From a virus, in the IMG/VR virus record IMGVR_UViG_3300025141_000029, positions 93,734 through 157,733 of that record: 64,000 bases of DNA. One strand, 5' to 3'. A model generated the notes under the pieces. It ran no database searches and was not told where the DNA came from. It saw only the letters and a list, made by a program, of their open reading frames with translations. Below, one piece after another: positions 9,234-19,100 of this stretch (within the stretch, counting starts at the first letter, position 1; every line of letters begins with the position of its first letter). The translations under genes were made by a program, and so were the position numbers.

Positions 9234-10883
9234 TTAGCTATCCTGATTTTTATCTACTCTAAAATTAAAAACTCGATTAAATTCTTTATATCCCGGCTCA
9301 TGATAATAGGCCAACTTTAAGCCGTACATATATCCTGGCTCCAATAAAGACATATCTAAATCAAAGTAGGATCCAGAAACATCATAAGATAAACGCGTAT
9401 ATGAGCCGGCCGTTCCAACAGCTTGAGGAGTTGTACTTCCGGTACCATATGGTATTATGTCAGAATCATCAAAAATACGTATAATTTTGTAATACATATC
9501 ATTAATAATAGTATTCTCAACTTTAGCAGTTGCCCTGGAATATATGGTTGGTTTCCAATCTTTAAGGCGTGTAACAACCCTAAGTCTAGTTTCTTCTGAC
9601 GTATCATAAGAGGGCTTTAGGTTTAAGATGTTAGCAACATAACTACTGGGTACATTTTGATTCGAAGCTTTCAGCGTATTTGGATTTATTGATCCTGTGT
9701 TAATTTGGGCGCCGAGTTGATTGGTGCCATCCAAATACCATACATCAAATATTTTTGTTAACGGCGTAGCGTCGGCCGTTAAAGCAAATGACGCTGAATA
9801 TATGCCCGTTGAAACATAGCCTCCGGTAACAACAGTTGGTACAGCTGTGTCGACAAAATCTGTTGTAGTTACTAAACGCATTGCCAGCCCAGAAGGTACT
9901 GTATTATTTGAAGATCCCGAAAATATTTGAACATATATTTTAGACGACGCATCTGTTAGACCTGGAATATTTTGTAAACGTCCATTAATATAGTTATAAA
10001 GATAGATTGTATTTAAATTATTTGCGGCCGAGGCCAATGAACTACTATAAAAAAGATTTCCACGATCGTCTTGTTTTGTTGAATCCCAGCGCGCCTCGAT
10101 TAGTGGCCTTTTGAAGAAAAATTCACTTGTTCGAGCAAAAAACTTTTTTGTGTAATATGAACGAGTGGCGCCAGAAACATTCTGAATTATAGAGCCATTG
10201 GCAAAGCCACCGACAGAACTTGAATAATATGCCTCTTGACTAGCCGAAAGATGTATTCCGAGTCCATAATTTGGAAAACCTCCTGCGGCAACGGTACCCT
10301 TTATCCAGCGCTCAACCGTATCGGTTATATCTAATTCTAAATTTTCTGTTCCTTTTTCAAAACTTGCTGTTACTCTTAAATCTCCATAATCATTATTAGT
10401 TGATGCCGTTAAGTACGTACCGCCAACTGTTGCCCAGGCAGTTGAAGCGCTGCGCATCATCCAGTTCGAGCCCTCATTACCCTTTGTCAAATCTTGATAA
10501 TTTTCCATATCTAATCCAAAGCCTTCTTGCCAGGATGAAGAAACTGGTACAACTGTCAAAGTCATGCTCTTAGGAACGGTTGAGGCATGCTTAGCATTAT
10601 ATAATTTCAAATAAAAACTAACATTTCCAGATATTGGAATTTCGCTATTTGTTCTATCTGTCGATATATCAGTAATTGGAAATTGTACTAATATTCTAGA
10701 TAATTCTTGAGTTTGATTAAGTCCGTCGGCCGATGAAGAATTAAATGCTTGTCCATAAATTGAAAATATCTCTAAAACATCAGAGGCGCCCATATTTGAT
10801 GCTGTGCCGCGTGTAGATAAATTTTGTTCAAACGCATTTGTTATTGTATTATCTTTGTCGGCTATATATCTTTTGATACCCAT
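9234..10883 (-). CDS. Putative virion structural protein with DNRLRE-like (CBM96/disaggregatase-related) N-terminal domain
   Basis: SRILVQF...LKLYN...SWQEG...SNW...LDITDTVERWI...NYGLGI...FFARTSE...PLIEA fits the DNRLRE-domain layout; TAATG overlap with the gp6-like gene. Confidence 0.55.
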   Translation of the reverse strand: MGIKRYIADKDNTITNAFEQNLSTRGTASNMGASDVLEIFSIYGQAFNSSSADGLNQTQELSRILVQFPITDISTDRTNSEIPISGNVSFYLKLYNAKHASTVPKSMTLTVVPVSSSWQEGFGLDMENYQDLTKGNEGSNWMMRSASTAWATVGGTYLTASTNNDYGDLRVTASFEKGTENLELDITDTVERWIKGTVAAGGFPNYGLGIHLSASQEAYYSSSVGGFANGSIIQNVSGATRSYYTKKFFARTSEFFFKRPLIEARWDSTKQDDRGNLFYSSSLASAANNLNTIYLYNYINGRLQNIPGLTDASSKIYVQIFSGSSNNTVPSGLAMRLVTTTDFVDTAVPTVVTGGYVSTGIYSASFALTADATPLTKIFDVWYLDGTNQLGAQINTGSINPNTLKASNQNVPSSYVANILNLKPSYDTSEETRLRVVTRLKDWKPTIYSRATAKVENTIINDMYYKIIRIFDDSDIIPYGTGSTTPQAVGTAGSYTRLSYDVSGSYFDLDMSLLEPGYMYGLKLAYYHEPGYKEFNRVFNFRVDKNQDS

Positions 10884-12688
10884 TATCTTATAATACCTGT
10901 AAAATCTGTTCCAAACTTAAATTCATAAGCCATATTAAACGGCAAAGAAATATATCTTCTATCTGCCGAATAGCCGGATTCTATAAAGAACATCGTATCC
11001 GCATATAGGGCGCCCGTTTTTTGAGTAACCTCAATATTAACAGTATCTGCGACGCCTTCAACTGAATTTAATAATTTATAAATTTGAGCTATATCTAAAT
11101 GTTCGCCTAGATCCGGAGGACTATTAAAATTATTAATCAATGCTTGAAAGCATCTATTCAAAGTCGCTGCTTTATTTGTTCTCGACTCTGATAATATTTC
11201 AAAATCTATTCCAAAATTAACAATTTGTCCATCTAAAATATCAATCGTATCATTGATCATCCTATATCTATTCAGCCAAGTCTTTAAATTATATTTTAAA
11301 GAAGGATTAGCAGTAGTTAAAAATCCAGATGAATTTTGACATAAAACAAATAAATTAAGATTTCTTTTAAATGAATCTTGATCTTTCACCAATGTACATC
11401 GAGCGATAGAGCCATAACTAGGGGGCATTGAATAAATTAAAGTTTTATAATCTTGTAATGTAACGGCGCGATTTTGAGAATGAAATGATCCATATGCTCT
11501 TTGCTTTATATCATCTGTAGATATATTAACTTGATCTCCTAAAATCGGACTTTCATTAATTACTTCTAAAGATCTTCTTACTGCCCTCATTTTAGTGCTG
11601 CTTAAATCGTTAGGATTGTCAAAAACAAATTTTCTTTTTTGAATAGTTGCTATTGTTCCGACCGGTGCGTTAATCGCATCGCCCGTAGATGTTCGATAAA
11701 TAACAGTCAAAATCGTATTTGATGGGCCTACTCCTAACTTATCAGAACTAATCAAATTTCCTGGATCAAAACTTTTATCTGTAACATAGTCGCGGCCATG
11801 TAAATCTAAAATAGTCTTATTTGGTTCTGAAATACTATCTGAAGATAAATCAGAATCAGAGCCGTGTCCAAATATTATCATAGTTTGAGTTGCAGTTTTT
11901 TCTACCACATATCTGCGTGGTACTACAATTGGTTTAATTAAAGCTGGAGTGATCGCTCTTTGTTCTTTAGAGGGATTTACAAATTCTCTATAGACCACAT
12001 CTTGAGTTAAATAATCTACTTGATAATATGAGTTCCCATTTTGATCAAAAACAGAAATAACTTCTGCGATGTTGGGCCCATCAGGTAATTCTAATTTTCG
12101 AAATTTTGTAAATTCTCCAATATCAAATTGTACTGATTTATGCACTCCTGAAATAACATATCCTTTTGCTTTCACGGCATATTCAAGAGGCACTCCATTT
12201 GTACTATTAACCCGACCAACAACAATTTCATTTCCAGCGTCGGCAAAATTCACATCCTGTGTTAACATAAATGTATTGCCGCCGGATGAAGCTAATTCAG
12301 TACCTCGACGTAAAACAGGCATATATAAAGAATCGGGGGCGCCGCCAACAGTAGTAGCCGGCACCAATACAAAGAAGCTCACCTCACCATATGAAGTACC
12401 AGAAGCATCAAATTTATATCCTAACTGGCGACTTAGTTTAACAATACTATTATATTCTATGGCGGTATGTAAGAAACTTTCATTTGCTTGATAATCTAGA
12501 TAAAAAGATAAAACGTCCCCAACATAAGAGACCATATCTAACATCAGGGCTCCAAATGAAGCTTCACTAAAATCTTTAAATGTACTCGGGTAGTATCTTT
12601 TTGTATAATTTATTAATTCTTCCTTAATAGAAGAGAAATTACGAGCAGTATAATTAATAGCTAATTCTTTAATTTTTGTATTGGCCAT
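10883..12688 (-). CDS. Baseplate wedge subunit, T4 gp6-like / baseplate J family
   Basis: NYTARNFSSIKEELINY...DFSEASFGALMLDMVSYVGDVLSFY and QNRAVTLQDY are hallmark gp6 motifs; adjacent to gp25. Confidence 0.9.
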   Translation of the reverse strand: MANTKIKELAINYTARNFSSIKEELINYTKRYYPSTFKDFSEASFGALMLDMVSYVGDVLSFYLDYQANESFLHTAIEYNSIVKLSRQLGYKFDASGTSYGEVSFFVLVPATTVGGAPDSLYMPVLRRGTELASSGGNTFMLTQDVNFADAGNEIVVGRVNSTNGVPLEYAVKAKGYVISGVHKSVQFDIGEFTKFRKLELPDGPNIAEVISVFDQNGNSYYQVDYLTQDVVYREFVNPSKEQRAITPALIKPIVVPRRYVVEKTATQTMIIFGHGSDSDLSSDSISEPNKTILDLHGRDYVTDKSFDPGNLISSDKLGVGPSNTILTVIYRTSTGDAINAPVGTIATIQKRKFVFDNPNDLSSTKMRAVRRSLEVINESPILGDQVNISTDDIKQRAYGSFHSQNRAVTLQDYKTLIYSMPPSYGSIARCTLVKDQDSFKRNLNLFVLCQNSSGFLTTANPSLKYNLKTWLNRYRMINDTIDILDGQIVNFGIDFEILSESRTNKAATLNRCFQALINNFNSPPDLGEHLDIAQIYKLLNSVEGVADTVNIEVTQKTGALYADTMFFIESGYSADRRYISLPFNMAYEFKFGTDFTGIIR

Positions 12689-12722
12689 ATGATATCCTTA
12701 ACAATATTAATTAGTTTTATGT

Positions 12723-13106
12723 TTAATTTGTATTTGATATGGTGAGAAGTAAATTATCTGACTCACCTAAATTTCCTATAGAATAAGCTATAAAAATATT
12801 CACCCTGTGTGAGCTTGTAGCGCTTTGAGTTATTTCAATTGTTTTTAAATTAAGAAAAGACATATATGTCTTTACTTGAGACATTATTCTACTTTTTACG
12901 CGACCTTCCAATCCATTGTCAAAATTTTCAAATAAATATCTTCTTAAGCCAACTCCAAAATTAATATCCATGACGCGTTCACCAGGAATGGTAAACATTA
13001 AATTTCTAAAATTTTGTTTTATGGCTTCTTTCACAGTTTTGGTTAAACTATAGTGTCCATCTAAATCATCAATAGTCAGCGGTATCTTAGGAGAAATTCC
13101 ATACAT
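12723..13106 (-). CDS. Baseplate wedge subunit gp25 (GPW/gp25 family)
   Basis: AIKQNFRNLMFTIPGERVMDINFGVGL motif, 127 aa, next to gp6-like gene. Confidence 0.92.
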   Translation of the reverse strand: MYGISPKIPLTIDDLDGHYSLTKTVKEAIKQNFRNLMFTIPGERVMDINFGVGLRRYLFENFDNGLEGRVKSRIMSQVKTYMSFLNLKTIEITQSATSSHRVNIFIAYSIGNLGESDNLLLTISNTN

Positions 13107-13165
13107 ATTTTTTCAATCCTCTTATCATATCATAATTATGGTGTATATATCTGTAAATATATATT

Positions 13166-16100
13166 TTATTCATTTTCATTAGCCTCTTCTATGTCAGCAG
13201 CAGTTTGAGCATCAACCTCGTATGATCCCCCTGTTGAAGGATCACATGGATTTTCTGGACCTGTATTAACAGCGGTACCTCCAGTTCCCGGAACTGTAGT
13301 AGTACCGTCCGGCGTTGTGGTACCCGTCGACTCTTGTTGGTGCGCGCCTTCAACACCGGTCAAGAGATTCATAGTCATATAGGCCATGCCAGCGATTGTA
13401 ATTGGCGTGCTAAGATCACCAAAAAAGGGCATGCCGGGCGGAAATATTGGAGTTGGTCTAATTCCAGCGACGATCAATGGTAACTTATCATCGTTTAATT
13501 TATGTTCTTCTTGAATTTCAAATGCCTTTTTCATACATGGATCAACTTGAGGAAGGGCATGCCGAAATATCCATTTAGGAATAAGTTCTTTAATAAATTC
13601 ATACCAGAGTTCCCCATCTAATCCCATGGACAGTGATTGATCTAGGCGATCATTATAATTTTCATCGCCCGGGCCGCTCGACGGGTCAGCATACTCATCT
13701 CTAGGTATGGATGCAGCACCATGAGTTTTCGCAACAATTTTTTTACAACTTTTAAATAACTTATCAAAATTAAAACCTGCTCTATACGGAAAATACATTA
13801 CATGTAATAACGCAAAATTTAAAAAATCTTTATTTGGCATAGCAAACCTATTCATTAGCAAGCTCAAAGGCATATTCATTGTTTCGTGAACAAGATTTTC
13901 CGAAGTTATGCCCAAGCGAACAAGATAGGGATCGGCATCAGCCAAATTCAACAAATCAATATGATCTTTGAGGAAATCATCGTCAAAATTAATCATGCTC
14001 AAGCCAGGTAATTCTCGCTCAGCATGTGCGTCTGGTATTGGAATTACATATATCGATTTTAAATATTTCGCATGAGATTCAATATCCTCAGCAACTTCAG
14101 TAGATAAGTGTCCTTCTCCTCCATGAGCCGTTGAAAAAGTACCGTGCGCAACGGGTAACATTTCTCTAATTTCATAAGCTCGATTAGTAAAAATTCTTTC
14201 TTTATTAGAAATATCCTTTTCCATCGAAGTTGTAATTAAATTATGAATGGATCCCTCAATATCCGACGATCGTGATGTTGCTCTAAAATTTTTAGAACCT
14301 GGAGAAGTATAAGGATGGCCGTTGTCCATGGAGGGAAAAGAATCAGGATCATCGGTATTTTTTATAAAATCATTTACTGGGGCATGCGGAAGAACATAAA
14401 CTAATCTAGTACCGTATTTGATAGAAGAAAATATATCGCTCAATGATACATCTGAGCGAGAGCCTCCTGAATTTTCAAATTGAGCGAACGACGAGCTTAT
14501 GTCTCTTAATCCAAAATCAAAAGCTTTATAAGATATATATAAATCTCCTGTTTTGTTTGCATCGGACAAATCATCAGCATTAATAGATTCTAAAAATTTA
14601 TTTACCCAAGCTTGCTGTTGGCCACCGGTGCCGCCGGATATATTATCAATTTTTTCAATTGCTTCAGCTGAATTATTCATTCTTACTTTTATAAATCTTT
14701 GAAGAATTAATCCACCATTTTTTGTGGCCATACCGAGATCAGTTAATACTTCGACATCGTAGAGGTACGGGTACTGAACACCTAATTTATGAAAGCAACT
14801 TTGTTCAATCGCATTGCTGGCTTGGTTTTCTGCAAAGAAATAAGGATCAAAATTAATATTCTTAGAATCAAAGCCATGTTGGTTCGCCAGCTCTTCTTCT
14901 TGGGCTACATCAAGCCACATATTTCCTATATTCTGAAATGTAAAATTAAAGACTCCAGACGGTGGGTCCCCGCCTGGATCACCGAGCTGAAAGTCGTAGA
15001 AGCCTTCTACTTCTTTAACGTCGGTCAGGCCCGCTACACCTTTTTTGTCATGATTTCTGATGTCTTCCAAAGAAAATAATTTGGTCGGCAAATCATGAAG
15101 CCTGTTCGATGCTAAAGTTGTTAATTGGTTAGAATTCTCATCAAGAACCTTCTGACTTATAGAAGGTGCCATGGATATAATATTCTCATTTATTAAATAT
15201 TTAAGTGAAATGTTCTTTAATTTACTTTCAAGCCTGGTATATACCTCTAAAGCTGAAAATGCATCAGCATCGCCATCGACATCAAATCCGACACCTTCTG
15301 CTATTTTTACCAAAGCAACTGGATTAATAGGAGAAGCAGTGAGGAGAATTAGATCTGCTAAATTAAAACGCTTTTGTTTGAAATTTGTAAATCTTCTTTC
15401 ATCTACATTATTTGAAAAATCATAATAAAATTCATTAGATAAAAATTCAACTGTTACCTTCTCATTAATTCGTCTTTTCAAAAAATTATAAGATGTATCA
15501 TAAGCGTCTGTCATAAAACCAGGTGCGAATATATCACTACCTTCATCCATTCTGTTTACTACCATGGAGAGAAACAAATCAGAATCTAGAATTGTTGACT
15601 CTGCTGAATGGCGGGAAAAAAACATGATTCCTCGAACTATAAATTCAGAAATACATAAACGCATATAAAGTAAAACCATCGCAAACTTTATGGCCTCATT
15701 TACCGGGTCGGCGACGGCTACGGGGCCTGTTTTATAAGCGTCGCAAGCAATCTTTTTATAATATTCATCCACTAGAGCCTTGATATCATCCGGATTAAGC
15801 AAGCTTTTTCTCAAAGCACTAAAATCAAGTTCTGAATTATCACACAACATAGAATCTTGAGCCCATTGAGATTTGGGAGCAAAAAGTATTTTAGAAAAAT
15901 TATTAACATCAAAAAGACTGGAATCACTTACATTATTAAAAACTCTTTGTTGTCTCTCAAGCAACAAGTATTGATGCATACTAGCAATATTACTTTCTAA
16001 TTTGCCTCTAGTGCCGTGAACACCCACAAAATCAACCAAAGAATAAGATAATAATTTTGTAAAAGCATATTGTGGAATAGTTATTGTACCATCTCCTATA

Positions 16101-19100
16101 TATAAGCCATCCCCTTCCGCGGGTTGATTAATATTTCGAAAAGCCGGCGTCGTCAATGTTTTCATAAACTGGTGGGCCTCATTGCTTTCTAGTGTGTCAT
16201 TTACATCAAAATTTAATTCAGATACTTCTGAAATTCCTTGATCATTAATTGAGCCTTTAGTCCAGACAGTAAACTTATTATAATCCAATGTAATAGGATT
16301 GGCATGCTGTTCTGCTTCTTTTTCTAATATAAAGCTATATTTAGGAAAATGCATTTCAACTAATGTATTAGTTGTATTTTCCTGACCGGAAAAAATATTA
16401 CTATTTTGTATCTTATCTAGCTCATTGTTGTGGTTTGTCATATCCACATATTCACCTAATAAAATAGGAAGTTGATTTTCTATTTTCCAAAGGGATTCAT
16501 TGTATACAGTTACCTCCATCTCAGTCTGGGCAATTGCGTCGACGATATCGTTATAATAATATGTGTTAGCGGTCGGGGAGTTAGGATCGTATAGTTCGTG
16601 TTCTGGTGCAATAACTAGCTTCGGATTGGTCGACTCGATCCAGATCCCGCCAGTCTCGTCCGTGTCCATCCCGGCGAGTTCGGGATGCTCGTGGAAGACA
16701 TTTCTAATAAGATAAAGTGGCTCAAGCTCAGCATATTTTACTTGAACGCGCCAATGCGCAATAGAGTACTCACCGTTCTTGCCGGAGAAGGCGTCGACGA
16801 ATATATCGGAGAAGATCTGGGCGCCGACCCACTGATACTCTTCGGCTAGCTCATGTTTTTCAATGTCAACAACGTCACCTTCAAGCTGTTGCGGTGTTCC
16901 AAAAAGTTTTTCAATTTGATTTAATACACTAGCTGGATCATAATACAAAGAAGAAACATTTCTTCCTATTTTATCCATTGCTATATTCGTTGTAGAATAT
17001 AGAGTTTTAACAAATTTATCACCCTCTGAGCTTGGCTTCAGGCTAACAATACCTTTTTTTAAAGTTTCAGAAGTATTATCAGTAGTAACATTGCTGTATA
17101 ATTCTGGTACCACTTCTTTTATTATTTTATCTTGTCTTGGAAAATTTTCTGGCTGTGGCACTCCATCGCTGTCGAAAAATACAGCACTTTCATTGCCGCG
17201 GCCGTCGTCACCTACGAGTTCGCCTTGTCCATTCCACATATCCTGATAATCTCTTCCCACTTCTGGATATCGCGGGTATTCGCCACCATATGGAATAATA
17301 TTATCTTTTATAAAAATTGTTTTAATTCCCATCATTTCCGTATCAAATTGTTGAGAAACAAGATTGATAGCCAAATCAATACAATTTTCTAATGCCGCAT
17401 TAATATACGGATCATTTATTAAAGCAGATATTGGACTGCCGGGGGCGCATGGATCAGTTGGTACGAGTGATTGAAAATAATCTGAAATTGTTGGATATGA
17501 TAATATTAATTCTAATTTTTCAAGCTGGCCCTTTAAAGCCTCTTTTTCTTGAGCTAAAAGTGACTCACATTGTTCTTCAGAAAAACCTTTTTGCTTTAAA
17601 ACTTTACAATAAAAATCTTGTGAAATTGCTTTCTCACAAAGCATTGTAACTAAACTTAAGTCCTTAAGAGCGGTTTCACAAAAAGTATTATTAACATACT
17701 GTCCCAAAAGAGCAAAATATTTTGCTACATTATCAGTTGTTTGTATAAATAATCGTATAATACTAAACTGTGTTTTAGCATTGATTATTTTAAGAACAAT
17801 TTTCAATGTTTGATCCGTTGCCGCATATGATAAAAGAGAACAAATCTCAGTAGGCTTTAAAACTTGTGATAAATAATCTAACAAGAGCTTTAATTGTTCT
17901 ATTACATCCCAGGTAATGGGTACATTGGGATTTAAATTTTCTACTATGCCACCTAAATCTTGTTCAAAATTACTAGTATCAGGAAATATATCAGATAAAT
18001 CTATGGTACCAGGAAGATTGCTTCGTATACCGCTATCAGCGCTGTCTTCACCAAAAGCAAGTATCTCTTTATCTGTTAACAAAGTTATTGGACCCAGAAC
18101 TTGTTGACTTTGTCCTGGAATGAATTCAGCAGTTTGATCCAAGGCACTTGCCAGATCAAGGCCCTCACACTCAGCAAGTAATGTTTCTAATAGCGATTTA
18201 ACGACCGATATCAAAAGTTCAGTTACAAGTTCTTTTAACATTTGTTCTATTGCTTCGTCGGTGGGGGCAAGAGGATCATCAGAATATTCTTGACCGACGA
18301 GGCCAAATGCTGGAGCGTCCATTATTTGAGATGTTACAGCATCTTGTAACTCTTCTCCTGAAGCTACCCTATTGACAAGCTCTAAAACCATATCTAGCTC
18401 AGGTAGAATTGGCAATAAGACAATATAAATTGCTTGTAATTCTTCCGGCCATTGTTCCGGATCAGTATTCTCTACCAGCCACTCTTTGATATCGTTGCTT
18501 ACTTTTTCCAAAAGATTCGGAAAAAAGTCAATAATGCCATATTCATCATATTTTTTGAGGACCTCAAGAGAAATTGATTTCCAATTTTCGGGCGTTAAAT
18601 TTGCCGCACACTGAAGGTCACCGGCGGCGCTCGCCATATGTGGTTCACGATAAAGAGTTTCATGTATACCCTCTAACATAGAGGTGGAAGTTTCAGACAT
18701 CCCAGCGGGAGGAGTAACAGCAAAGGGTTCGCTGGTGCCAGTGGGCGTCTGATCATCAACTTCAACACCATCAGGTGTTGGATTAATCATGAGATCTGAA
18801 GGCGGTGCTAAATTAGCACTCAATATAGATTTACTATCATTTTCTAATGCTACTTTTTCACACTCCTTTGCTATAGCCTCGCTAAATGCCTCATCAAGAG
18901 CATCAGCAACGTCTTGGCCAAGTTGTTCCACAATTGCGGCATGAGTATAGACGCCTGTTAAAAAGGTTACCAAATCTTCAGGAGCCATACTCTTAAGAAA
19001 GCCCATTACTGCTGCGCCAATAGCATCGATAGACGGTAATTCATTTGCTAAACATGCGGCGGCGCGCATAAGATAATCAGTCAAGTTAAGACGAAACAAA

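Noticed and set aside
10883-13106. Bacterial contractile injection system or T6SS rather than phage
   Set aside because: gp55-like sigma, PhoH, exonuclease and head-type proteins with no bacterial housekeeping genes fit a large phage better.
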